Assembly (NCBI RefSeq): GCF_037042905.1
Contig: NC_087251.1
Location: 39,992,001-40,056,000, forward strand
DNA from: Lytechinus pictus
Lineage: Eukaryota
Reading direction: 5' to 3'
Length of the DNA stretch: 64,000 nucleotides
Part shown: positions 42,760 to 55,692 of the stretch, one piece after another
Numbering within the stretch: the stretch's first letter is position 1
Layout: each line of letters begins with the position of its first letter
The notes under the pieces: model-generated
What the model saw: only the letters and a program-made list of their open reading frames with translations
What the model was told of the DNA's origin: nothing
The model's database searches: none
Program-made: the position numbers and the translations under genes

Positions 42760-44908
42760 CAGATCACATGATCAAGATCAAGGGTCATTTAGGGTCCATG
42801 AACTTTATTCACGTTTTGGTATTGGAACTGAAATCGTGACCAGGGTTAAGTTTTTGAAATGTTAGATCTTTGATTGTAAATGGATATTGCATGTGCTACC
42901 GCTCATCAAGTATCAATCATTTTGCATGAGTTTTAGGTCACATGATCTAGGTCATAGGTCATTTAGGGTCAATGAACTCAGTTAAGGCGCCGCTTTTCGA
43001 CGGCAGAATGGCGGCATCAACATTAAAATCTTAACCAAGATTAAGTTTTTTAAATGTCATCATAAGTTAGAAAACATATGGACTTAGTTCATGAGACTTA
43101 GACATAAGGGTAATTAAATATTGCTAAACATCCTGCCCGACTTTCGGGTCACCTGACCAAGGTCAAAGGTCATTTATTTAGCGTCAATTATCTTAGACCA
43201 TGTCGGGGGAATCAATATCGAAATTTTAAACAAGGTTAAGTTTTTGAAATGTCATGATAACTTAGAAAGTGTATGGACCTAGTTCATGAAACTTAGACAC
43301 AAATTGTCAACTTAATTTTTATGGATCTATAATAATAATGCAGTTCTTGTATAGCACATATCACATGTCATAACGTCCCAATGCGCTTTCAAACGACTTA
43401 GATATTATCTAGTCCATGAACTTTGGACATAAGAGCAATCAGTTATCCCTGAACTTCCAGTGAGTGTTTCAGGTCACATGACTAAGGTCAAAGATCATTA
43501 AGAGTCAACAAACTGGTAATGGGGATATTTGTGGAATTGTCATAACTTTAATGGATGTACATGTAGTTCATGAAACTTGGACATTAGATCAACCATGTAT
43601 CCGTGAATATCGTGTGCGCATTTCAGATCACATGACCAAGATTAAAGGTAATTTTAAGGTCAATGAACTTTGGCCGTGTTGGGGGTATTGAATTTGCATC
43701 ATACATGTATTTAAAAAGTTTATGGATCTAATTCATAAAACAAACATTTTTAAGTGTGGATGATTGTTTTGCACACGTCGCAGGTCACATGACATGGCAC
43801 TAGGAAGCGGGGGTTTTCCCCAGGGGTGCTGTCGCCTGCGTGTATTATTTTCCATTGGCTGCACCCTTGGAATTCTTGTAGGTGTGTCAAATTAGAGAAA
43901 TGTATTGAAAATGACCACCATTTTGTTTTGTTTTTGTTGAGGTTGAAACCCTTTATATTTGTCAAATTGTCAAATTTCTTGGACCAAAATGACCTTAAGG
44001 GGATGATCCAGGCTGGAGATATCTATATCTCAATAAATGCTGAAAAGTTGATTAAAATCCGATAACAAATAACAAAGTTATTGAATTTTAAAGAAATATA
44101 TGCATAATTCCGGTGAAACAGTTCTAGGCATGTCTGCATGAATATTCATTAGATGGGCTGATGATGTCATATCCCCACGTGTTCTTTTGTATTTTATTAT
44201 ATGAAATTAGGTTTATTCAAAATTTTTCTATCAAGAACTAAAACAATTGGATTGACAGCTGATTAAGTGCATTAGTTGTTTATTGCCGTAACTTATTTCA
44301 TCATAATGGAGACACATCATTTACACATGTATGAAAAAATGAAACAATTATGATTTCATGTAATAATATAAGAAAAAGGAAAGTGTGGCTATGACATCAC
44401 ATCAGTCCACCTAATGAATATTCATGATGATGTGCATAAACTGTTTTCACAAAATATTAATTAACTTTAAAATTCAATAACTTTGTTATTTGTTATCCAA
44501 TTTTGATGAAATTTTCAGCATTTTGCTCTGTGAACTTTACTCTATTTATTTAGGTTAAAAATATTTTCAGCCCGAACCATCCTTTTAATTTCTTAGTGAA
44601 ACTCTTTATTTTATTTTTCTTTTTGCTTGTCAAATTTCTTTGGACCAAAAAAAATCCTCATTGTATAGTGAAAACCTTTTTTTTGTCAAATTTACTTCAG
44701 CACCCCCAGCAAAAAAATAGTTCTCAGGGCCCTGTCACATGATCAAGGTCAAAGGTCATTTTGGGTCAATGGACATACATGTGTAGTATTTTATTATCAT
44801 ATGAATGTGTTTTTTAAAATAATTATTCAATAGCAGTTTTCAAAGTCAGCACTGCTGCTGTATCAAATTGCGTACTGCAGGCGAGACTGCCAGACGCATT
44901 CCATTTGT
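42760..44908 (-). mobile_element. Degenerate HINE-like family C copy carrying nested insertions
   Basis: Reverse core repeats at 42760-43792 and 44735-44908, ending in CCATTTGTTT; another minus copy at 55273-55692. Confidence 0.6.
43793..44734. mobile_element. hAT-like MITE (8-bp TSD) containing a Kolobok-like MITE at 43999-44584
   Basis: TSD TCACATGA at 43785-92 and 44735-42; CA...TG termini; inner element flanked by TTAA. Confidence 0.65.
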
Positions 44909-45746
44909 TTTTATAATTGTCACTTCTGTTTACCAATTATGCCACTTACATGTAGGTGCCTCAAATAAGCATAAATTTGCACATCATTCAATTTTTCTTA
45001 ATGGGATTTTAAATTTCAATTTGGGCTTTCTTATCCTAGCAAAGATTACTTCATGAGTTGAAGGGGAAGATCACCCTAACGAAAAGTTTATTGTAAAATA
45101 ACAGAAAAAGTGATATAAAATATTGGTGAAGGTTTGAGAAAAATCCATCAAAGAATAAAAGTTTCGCCTACATTACAAAATCTTGAAATCAATCAAAACA
45201 CATGACCTGAAAGAATGATTCTTCTTCTTTACAATGATACCAAAACTTGAAATTTGATGAATATTTAGAGCAGCAATGACTGAATTTAAAGAGGTGTTTT
45301 GGTCCGCATCAAGCTCATTAAATATGCAAAATCTCTCTAGTCATGAATATCACTTGTCCCATAGACTTTGTTTACAAGTACTGCTTCCCCCTCCGCTCTC
45401 CCGGCACCCCTCCCACCACCCTTGCCGTTTTTTATTCTATCAAATTGTATTTCATGACAATATCTGCCCATTCAACCGAGAAATTGTATGTTAAACGGAA
45501 TGAAAATTGAAAAAGCGTAACAACACCGCCTTTTTGTGGGATGAATTCAAGACTCGTGGCTGTATAAATGGAATTACTTTGCTCCTTGCACACGATGCAA
45601 AGTTGTCTTCGGAAAATACAAAAGGTAGTTTACTAATGTTGGTTTTTAGGTAGATGTCCCAGATAGTATGACTATGATATTCACAATAGAAGGGAATTAT
45701 GATTATAATCTATCTAACACTGATAACCTGTCTTATTTTTTAATAG

Positions 45747-45836
45747 GCTGTCCTGACATTTGCTGCAGCCTTTTACTCTAATCTTGGAAACTACAAGTCA
45801 TTTGGAGACACCAAGTTTGTTCCTAATCTTCCTCAG
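45747..45836 (+). CDS. DPP3: DPP3 exon 2
   Basis: AG|AVLTFAAAFYSNLGNYKSFGDTKFVPNLPQ|GT; contains the hallmark GNYKSFGDTKF. Confidence 0.95.
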
Positions 45837-47290
45837 GTATGATCGAAATATGACAATTACTAGATGAGTTTTATTGTAACAATTTTTAACCACAAGAAAA
45901 TGAATAAAAAGAAAACTAGCGTTTTCATATTAAAATTGGCAATTGAAGTACATGTACACTCCTTATTGAATATCAAGTTCATCTTGAGTGCAGATCTGTA
46001 CTGCAAATTTACCCACCTATTTAGGCAAAATGCGTTTTCTTTGTCACACTCTTGTTACTGGTCCTTTATTTGATTTGAATTGATTTCATTTTCACATTCT
46101 AATGACAAAGGTATGTACAAGTATAATAACTTTTAACAAGCATAATTGATATAAATAACATAATTATTAACATAATAAACATAAATAATGATTTACATAA
46201 ATAACATAACCTATTAATTACAATAGAATATATATTTTTTTGAATTCTTGAAACATGTATATAATCTACAGGTTGCATGGGCCTATTACTAACGGGAAAC
46301 AAAAGGATATTCATTCAAGCCAATCCATTCTCATTTTTTGGGAAGTGGTGGATTAAGAAAATCAGAAATTGTAATATATTATTTCTCTGAGAGTCATAAT
46401 TAAAGTATTTCTATGATTTTGATCGAATATTTTTGTTGAACCACAAAGACTGACATGAGCCCAGTTCAGAAAATAGAAGATCAACAATATCCAAAGTAGC
46501 ATATTCTCGATACATAAACCTAACAGGCAAACAATCTGCTGAAGAGTGTCGAGTTTAAATAGCAACTTCATCTTATAGATTCTGAATGTCAAATCTCATT
46601 GTATCATGCTCCTCTTTGCAGCTAGCACATTCTGCGTTGATAGCTTCCAGTTGTGCGTTTTCAAGATTAGATTCAAAGATGATGAAATGGCTTTCAAAAG
46701 CCGCAAAATGCTTGTCAAAGGCACTAAACCATGCAGATGGGGCTCGGCTCTGCGGCTCACTCGAGGCTGCATTGCGATTGCCAGATCGATGGCAGTCCTC
46801 ACCAGGAATCACTCTCGTCAGGATGAAGTAGAGCGGCGAAATCTTTCAGAGCTTCAAAGCGATTTTTTGTCTTTCTTATGAAGAGAGGTCAACCAATCAC
46901 TCACTGAATCTGACTCTCCCATATTTTTCACACATTTCATGATCAGCGAGTCACTAAAAACGGGATATGATTGCAAAATTTATTTCTTTTAATCATTACG
47001 CTGACGACTTACACGTGAATGTTAAACTGGATACCGCCATCTTGAGTCTCCATCAGTTTTTGTTTCTGACGAGTAATTAAGCTAGTTCTTTTTTTTTGTA
47101 TTGGAGACAACAGAGAGACTTGCTGAATGAAGATTGTTTTGTTTTATTGTTTATTTCCCATTTGAAATAGACTAGGAAGTTAAAATGAAAAAAAAGTAAG
47201 AAAAACTGGACTATACTTGTACCTTATACTATAGCATGGTTACAGATTATTCATTTTGAATGTTACATCTACTACTTCTTGATTTTCCAG

Positions 47291-47428
47291 GATAAGTTTG
47301 AAGCTGTTATTCATGCCAGCAAGGCCTATGCTGAGGATCCTAAAAGTATGCAGACACAATGGGATCGTTGTAAGCATTCATTGTACTCCGTAGAGAAAAG
47401 AGAACAACAACTAGGTCTTGGTGATGAG
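47291..47428 (+). CDS. DPP3: DPP3 exon 3
   Basis: CAG|DKFEAVIHASKAY...QQLGLGDE|GTAAG, 138 nt. Confidence 0.9.
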
Positions 47429-47659
47429 GTAAGTTTTAGATTATCTATTCTATCAGTAACTACAATAACAATTTAAATTCCAACACCTAATTTTATCTAT
47501 AGAAACCTTGATCAAATCACAGTGATAAAATTATTAAATTACAGGAAAGTGATCTGATTGATATATAGCATCAATTCCAGTCACCTTTTAGCAAGAGCAG
47601 TGTCTGCATCGGGGGGGGGGGGGGGGGGGGGGGCCATATCCCGAGATATGGGTCTTGCT

Positions 47660-48070
47660 ATAGACCAGTTCGTAGTTACTCATGGACAATTTTCGGTCTA
47701 ATGACCTTTCATTTCTTTCATTAAGATAGGCAGATTTCAAAGCAAGATATTACGTATGCATGCCTTACATAGCAGGATAAAGAAATTGAATAGATCAGGT
47801 GACTAGAATTGCACATCAATGAACACTCTTTGAAGGTATTTATTGCATTTCTACTTTGAATGAATGCATATTAGAGGATATTGTACAATTTACTTGGCAA
47901 ACTGTGAAATATACCAGTCATTTGTGGATGTGAATGAAAAACACAATTCAAAAGAATATATGAATAATCAAGACATCGAAGTTGGTGCTTATCTCATTAA
48001 ATTTTAAACCACTTAAGTACAAATGACCTTCCTCTGATCATGCGCAGAGTGGAACTACGAACTGGCTTAT
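47660..48070. mobile_element. MITE between two copies of a local duplication of about 75 bp
   Basis: TIR CCAGTTCGTAGTT / AACTACGAACTGG. Confidence 0.5.
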
Positions 48071-48739
48071 TACAGGAAAGTGATCTGATTAATAGCCTAA
48101 ATTCCAGTCACATTTAGCAAGAGCAGTGTCTGCATCCGAGGGGGGGGGGGGGGTACTCGTGTGCATAACGCATACGGGGAAGTGTCGCTCGAGTGGGTCG
48201 TTTTTTGACAAAATATCCCTCGACATGGATCTTGCTATTGCAAGAAATCCTTAGCCATGGGTCCTATTTTGGGGCTACTGTATGTTCAACTGATAATCCT
48301 TAGACATGGGTCCGTTTCTGAAAAAAAAAATACTTATAAGAAACCCCAGGAAAAGCCCTGGAGATGTCTGTGTTAGTGGCCGCCGAATGTTTAGCACATA
48401 TACAAAAGGAAAAACAACATGTCATACATGTAGATATTGGCTTGGCATGCAACATATGTATTTAAATGAAATGTGTTTCATGCAATTACAGACTTCATAT
48501 TTCATAATGTATATTTCTTTTTTAATGTGATGGTCTCATTGCTAAAAAAAGCAGAATTAATCTGGAATATACATGTATATGGGTCGATATCTTTTTTGGG
48601 AAATCCTTAGGCATTGGTCTCTATTTTGAGAAAAATCCTTTGACATGGGTACCTGTTCACAGTCAAATGACCCTTTGAAATGGGTAAGGGTTTCAAGCCC
48701 CGAGCCTCATTCAGGGACAAATTTGCTTTTAGCCCCCAT

Positions 48740-49160
48740 CAGGGTGCTACATAACTTTTTAGAAGCACTTGCCCTATTGGGCAAGTGAATTTTTATATAA
48801 TTGGAATATACTTGCCCGAAAACCTCTTTCACTTGCCTGAAAAAATCCTTGTAAAAAAAAAGTTTTACCTCTTAAAAGAAAGTTTTGTGGGATTACAAAC
48901 CATTGACCTTTTTTTTTTCTGTTATGACATGAACTGATGTACCTTGTTATGCATTTCTTTTTCCAAAGTGATTTTATCTTGCCCGCCATGACCAAATTTA
49001 GGGTTGATAAATCTTATCGACCCTAATTTTGGTCATTCTACTCTGAGAATTTTGCTTGCCCAATTCGGGCAAGTAGTGGTGTTCTTTACTTCAAAACACT
49101 TGCCCGACTCTAACTTTTACTTGCCCCGGGCAATCGGGCAAGTGCTTATGTAGCACCCTG
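48740..49160. mobile_element. MITE with CAGGG termini and an apparent 5-bp TSD
   Basis: TIR CAGGGTGCTACATAA; CCCAT on both flanks; repeated internal CTTGCCC motifs. Confidence 0.65.
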
Positions 49161-49213
49161 CCCATTCCCTCTGATTCTGCCTAGGAAGGTGATTATGAAG
49201 GTGAAGTGTAGAA

Positions 49214-49558
49214 GAGCCATGGTGTAGTGGTTCTGACTCTCGCCTTGTAAACAGAGGGTCATGTGTTCGAATCCCACCGCAGTCTAGCATCCTTTGGCAA
49301 GGCGTTAATCCACACTTTGCCACTCTCGACCCAGGTGCTAAATGGGTACCCGGTAGGGTGCGAAAGATATTGTATGTTTGAATTTGCCAGCGCCATAATG
49401 AGGCTGCGATGAATGCAAGGAATGCTCCCCAGGGAGTGGAAATTGTGCACTTTTTGTGCGGGTTTGAAATGAATTCAATGAAAGGGGTAATAATATGCTG
49501 TAAAGCGCTTTGAGCCGTTCTGGGAAAAGCGCTATATAAAAATTGGCTATTATCATCA
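49214..49558 (+). mobile_element. tRNA-derived SINE
   Basis: A box TGGTGTAGTGG, B box GTTCGAATCC, same central core as the 13-kb SINE, tail AAGCGCTATATAAA...TATTAT. Confidence 0.75.
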
Positions 49559-49818
49559 ATACATGTAGGTAGTGGTCGAAGTGGCTAGTGTAAATGTCAT
49601 GATTGGTGTTTGATAAACACACTTTTGTTAATGGAATTATCATAATTACTAAAGAAGTTGAAGGGTTTTCTTTCACTATTCAAGATACAAGTGGGTATTC
49701 GATGAAGAACCCCTTCAACATATATTCAATACATTTAAAACTCCCTAGACATCTATTATGATTTTTATAAATCACAACAGTTTTATTTCCTTAAATTCAT
49801 TATTTTTTTTCATTTTAG

Positions 49819-49893
49819 GGTATTACTACATACTTCTCAGACAACTGCACTCAGTCGGATGCAGAACTTGCAAAGAAGTTCATGATTTCAGAG
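49819..49893 (+). CDS. DPP3: DPP3 exon 4
   Basis: TAG|GITTYFSDNCTQSDAELAKKFMISE|GTATG. Confidence 0.93.
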
Positions 49894-51189
49894 GTATGTA
49901 TGACTTCAATGATGGTTATGACATTGATTCCATAGTTCAATAGCATTCCTTTGTTATTTTCACTTGATTTTGGTACTACTCAGTATTACATTTCCTTCTA
50001 GAAATTCTTTCACTACTAAACTTGTCAATTCATTTGAGAGACAGGATTTTTTTAATGGCACCTTTTATATACTGTATTTTTGTGTGACAATATGTAATAT
50101 TAGGAAGGAAGAAAATATTTCAAAATGCAAGGCTCAACAGTTTATAGTGGTTGCCCAGTGGCCCAGGGCCACCAGAAATTCACCAACCGTTATTGAAAAA
50201 TGCCATGTTTTGGTGTCCCAAATTTCTCCCAATGTTGCACACATTTCATCAACACAGAGTTGGCACACTATGATATTTCAGGTGGTCGAGGGTAGTCTGC
50301 AGGCACAGACCCTGATTGAACTTTGATTAACAAGTGTGTCTCCACGCAAAGACTAGCACATACAAAACTTGCTGTTCAGTACACAAGGCATGGTTAGGCT
50401 GCAATCCAGACCCTTTACTCGAGTGAAAGGTTTGCACAGCAGACTAGGTCTAGGGCGTCTTCAAGTCATAAGAGCAGCATGCGCAGCCGGATAGGCTATG
50501 GGCAAGCAAAGCCCGCGCAGTGCAGTAAGCAACTCCAGGACCATGGAGCTGGGATGCAAAATCCCATAGAACTTTGAAAATCTATGTAAAATTTAAAATT
50601 TGCACCATTGAAATGCCCGTCTAAAGTCCATATTTGCTAAAATGTAGTGTATCCTGGTCATTTGCAAGCAATAAAAGGAGGAATTATCGCCTCTTGTTTG
50701 ACTAAAAAAGATCAAGTTTCAAAGAATCATTACACATTCATTGCCTCATGTGCATTTCAGCCATTCCATTGTGACTCGCGTGATATTTACACAAAATTTC
50801 AACTTTAAAGGTTAATTACTTGAAAATCATATATTGTAGACTTGTTTTTCAAATTTATTTCAATCAAAGTATTGATAATAGACATTGTCCGACAAAAAAA
50901 TTGAATTTACAGTGGTTTTTTATGAGATATTTCAATTCGTTTGTTTTGACTCGCCCGACGCCACACTATTGAAGAATCCTGACCTTCCTGTGTTTGTCTG
51001 TAATTTTCTCAGAAGTTACCCGTCAGAATTTCATAAAATATTCTGGAGAGTATTTTGAAACATTTGGAAATATGATGTTAAAGATCTATTAACGCCTGAC
51101 TTTTTTATTTGAGTCGATTGCCATTTGAATATGTGACTCGCGTGACACAAGAGTGTGACTTGCGTGACAAGTATCATATTGGACTATAA

Positions 51190-51716
51190 CGTCGCCTTCC
51201 TGCAGAAAGGCCGTTAACGTATATTGGCGCCAAAAAATATCAAATTTTGTTTTATTGCTGAAATGGAAAAAGCATGTCATGAACTTTCTTCTGGTACCAT
51301 TCTCGAACCTAAATGTGACGTCATTATGACATAATAAGCAAAAACATTCCCACATGCTTTAGCACATAGACGAGTCCTTAGTCTGGGAACAAGACGCTTC
51401 TCGTTCAACGTGCATGTGCGCATAGACCAATTTGCGTTAGCGGCCTTTCTGCCGTCACTGGATCAGCGGCTTGCGTATTTTTCTACCCGGAAAAAGGGCG
51501 TAAGGTATTTCTTCTTAAGATTAGAAAGCGTTTAGAGTGTTATGAAAATAAAAACAAACGAAATATCAATGAAGAAAACATCTTGCTTTGTCAGAAACTA
51601 TGAGAATTAGGACAGACAATAATACACAAAATAAGGTCAAAACATAATTTTCATTTTCTCTAAAATGTACTTTTTGTGCATGCGCGCTTTAACAGCCTTT
51701 CTGTGGGAAGGTGACG
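51190..51716. mobile_element. MITE with 26-bp imperfect TIRs
   Basis: CGTCGCCTTCCTGCAGAAAGGCCGTT / AACAGCCTTTCTGTGGGAAGGTGACG; ATAA on both flanks. Confidence 0.6.
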
Positions 51717-52564
51717 ATAAGTTGAACAAATTATCATGATTTTATACAGTAAAATTGGCCAAATTTCATTCCAACAGAAAATGGTCGTTTGCATCCCATT
51801 TATCTTTAAAATAAAGGAATTTTAAAGTTAAGCTCTGATACATCTACTTACATGAAAGTTCACTTGTGGGACTAGATATGGTTTTCCCATATGTGTTATT
51901 AATAGCATTTAATGACATTTTTCTGAATAAAAATAATTATTCAGGCCTAAAAAATTGGCAACTGCCAAAAAATCCCAATCATTATCCTTCTAAAAATATC
52001 ACTTGTTTTGTGATATGTGACTCGTATGACATACCCTAAATAAACCTTAATGTAACTCATGTGACAGCACTTTAGGGTCATTTTTTTCATAATTAAGGGG
52101 TTTACAGTTGGCAATCTTGTTTGCTGGTTTGATTTAGGACCTTATGCTCCTTTCTTTTTATCAACTACAAACTATACTTCCTAACACTTTTTAGTAAACT
52201 AAAATATGGATGTATTTTTGTAAGTCGTGTGACACACTTCGAGGGTGTTTTTAACTTGAAATATTTTCAAGCTGGGTAAAAAAAGTGCAAAAAACAATAA
52301 TAGGTTGAAATGGCTATAAGATTAGACAGAATACAGGTATGTTTACAGACAACAGAACTCATTTTCATTGGTAGATGTTTTGGTGGCCCGGTTGCACCAT
52401 CACCAAAAAGGTTAAATGTGGAGCCTTGTATACTGAAATTTAAATTTATGGAGTGCATAAAAGCTATTTTCCTAGGAATGTAGTTGATTTTAGGACATAG
52501 ATATGTCACTTTTTGTTGTTGTAAAATTCAATTATTAAGGATTATTATGTATTGTTTGGAATAG

Positions 52565-52664
52565 GATATCAGTGCCTACAACACCCGTCTGATGAAAACT
52601 GTAGATGACACACAAAGAGTTACTTATGAAGTTAGGCTAGCCTCTGCACTAACCACGTCTGAAG
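52565..52664 (+). CDS. DPP3: DPP3 exon 5
   Basis: TAG|DISAYNTRLMK...YEVRLASALTTSE|GTGAG, ending in phase 1. Confidence 0.93.
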
Positions 52665-53162
52665 GTGAGTAGCAGTTTTCATTTTTTTATTGAGGAAAAA
52701 TGTATTTTGCTTTTGTCTTTTTTGTTATTATTTATGTATTTATTTATCAATTAACTAATCAATTAATTTATTTACTAAAATTTTAGTATTTATACAGGAT
52801 AAAAACAATCACCACTTAGGCTGTTTTACATTATTGTCGTGTGACATAGTACCAGGGTTGAAAATACACGGGAGCGACGAGCGATTCCGCCCTCGTGTGC
52901 TTTGAAATCGCTCTCGCTCGCAACTGCCTGTAACTGCCAAGTACCTTATAAGTGATGTTTGAAAATATTGAGTGAAATTTTTGGGAAATTTTGGAGTATG
53001 GAAACTGCGTGCTTCAAAATAACCTGGTCTTGGACACGGACTCGTCATCGTGTCCGAGACCGAGTCATTCCAAGTCCGAGACCGGATGAGAGTCACACAT
53101 CACTGTTAGAAACTGAGAAGTATCCTTTTTTTATTTCTTTTATTTTTTTGTTTATTTATCAG

Positions 53163-53281
53163 ATGGAGAATGTGATATCAAGTTAGGCTCTTATGACTTT
53201 CAAGGAACAACCTTTAATGTCACAAGGGGCGATTATAGTCCCCTCATGGCTCGTGTTGCAGACAACCTCAATAGAGCAAAG
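53163..53281 (+). CDS. DPP3: DPP3 exon 6
   Basis: CAG|(D)GECDIKLGSYDFQGTTFNVTRGDYSPLMARVADNLNRAK|GTAAG. Confidence 0.92.
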
Positions 53282-54045
53282 GTAAGGTGAATTAAATATT
53301 TAGTTTAGTTGTAATTTAAATGAAGGATAGTGTTTTTAATATCAACATTTGTTTTTGGACGAGTTTTCAGATTTAACAATTTTCCTTGATTTTGATTGGC
53401 TGAGAAGCACAAATTCTATGGTGTCAGATAAATCATTCTTTGTTGAATAAAATCCGACAAGTCCTTTTTTTTAAGCGCTACCCAACCTCAACATACAAAT
53501 TACAAAGTTGTCTTTGTCTTTGCCTGTTATTACACATGTTATTGTGAATACTGATATCTATAGAACAGAGAGAAGAGAACTAGCAAACAAATATACCAGG
53601 TATTCATTAAAAAGTTTAGGTGGAAATTATTTATCAGACGATGGAAAAGCAATCACTTATTTTTTTGCCGAGATCCAGAGGAAAAGTTTCAATTGCCATT
53701 CTATCCAAAGGTAGATATTTTCCACTGTTATATGACACAAACACCTATAAAAATGTAAAAAACTCCTCTTTGATCTATACTTCTAAATGATTTGGACCCA
53801 GTTTTGATGACCAAGTGCCAGAAGAATTCTTACCAATTACTGATTACCGTATTTACCGAAAAATAAACAGTGGCCGTGAATGAACCGCATCCTCAAATCA
53901 GGAAATGAAAAAAAAAAGAATTAGCAAATCAAAGTTAACAGCGATTTGAATAAGCCAATTCAACTGAATAATCATTGAAAGATCAGAAGATATTCTACTA
54001 CTTTTTGAATTCTTAAAAAATGGTTACTATATTCTTTAACTTCAT

Positions 54046-55003
54046 TTTTTGTCTCACCTGCATAGCAGAGTGAGACTATAGGCGCCGCTTTTCCGACGGC
54101 GACGGCGGCGGCGGCGTCAACACCAAATCTTAACCTGAGGTTAAGTTTTTTAAATGACAGCATAACTTAGAAAGTATATGGACCTAGTTCATGAAACTAG
54201 GCCATAAGGTTAATCAAGTATTACTGAACATCCTGCCTGAGTTTCATGTCACATGACCAAGGTCAAAGGTCATTTAGGGTCAATGAACTTAGACCATGTT
54301 GGGGGAATCAACATCAAAATCTTAACCTAAGGTTAAGTTTTTGAAATGTCATCATAACTTAGAAAATATATGGACCTAGTTCATGAAACTTATACATAAG
54401 GTTAATCAAGTATCACTGAACATCCTGCATGAGTTTCACATCACATGACCAAGGTCAAAGGTCATTTAGGGTCAATGAACTTTGGCCGAATTGGGGTATT
54501 TGTTGAATTACCATCATAACTTTGAAAGTTTATGGATCTGATTCATGAAACTTGGACATAATAGTAATCAAGTATTACTGAACATCCTGTGCAAGTTTCA
54601 GGTCACATGATCAAGGTCAAAGGTCATTTAGGGTCAATGAACTTTGGCCAAATTGGGGTATTTGTTGAATTACAGCCATAAATTTGAAAGTGTGTTGGTC
54701 TAGTTCATAAAACTTGGACATAATAGTAATCAAGTATCACTGAACATCCTGTGCGAGTTTCAGGTCACATGATCAAGGTCAAAGGTCATGTAAGGTCAAA
54801 GAACTTTGGCCACGTTGGGGGTATTTGTTGAATTGCCATCATATCTCTATAAGTGTATTGGTCTAGTTCATAAAACGTGGAAATAAGAGTAACCAAGTAT
54901 CACTGAACATCTTGTGCGAGTTATAGTAGTTTTCAAAATCAGCACTGCTGCTATATTGAATCGCGTGATGCAGGTGAGACGGCCAGAGGCATTCCACTTG
55001 TTT
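54046..55003 (-). mobile_element. HINE-like family C, full length, nearly identical to 14336-15324
   Basis: Reverse complement of the 14.3-kb copy; differs mainly by a shorter GCC microsatellite. Confidence 0.8.
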
Positions 55004-55692
55004 TAAATATAAATCATTTTTTGTAGAATAAAGAAAAAAACCATGAAATGGTAGTATTGAATATCAAAGTTATAGTATAAATAGGGAAAAGTAAATAGTT
55101 CAACATTGAGAGAAAAAGGAGGAAAATCAATGAAGAATAAAGGACATTTTTATTGCCTATTTAAATTTATAAACGATTACGATAACGATCAATTACGATA
55201 ACATGCAATCGTAGAGCATTTTCCATGCATATTTAGCTGTGAAAATGACAAGTTTTCATCACAAAACAACTATTTTTGTCTCGCCTGCATGGCAGAGCGA
55301 GAATATAGGCGCTGCTTTTCTAACAGCAGCTTGTCGTCAACATCAAATCTTAACCTAAGGTTAAGTTTTTGAAATGACATCATAACTTTCAAAGTATATG
55401 GACCTAGTTCATGAAACTTACTCATAAGTGTAATGAAGTATTACTGAACATCCTGCCTGAGTTTCAGGTCACATGACCAAGGTCAAAGGTCATTTAGGGT
55501 CAATGAACTTTGGCCATGTTTTGGGGGGTATTTGTTGAATTACCATCATAATTTTTAATGTTTATGGAGCTACATGTAGTGAATAAAACTCGGACATAAG
55601 AGTAATCAAGTATCACTGCACATCATGTGCAAGTTTCTGGTCACATTTAGGGTCAATGAACTTTGGCTATGTTGGGGGTATTTGTTGAATTA

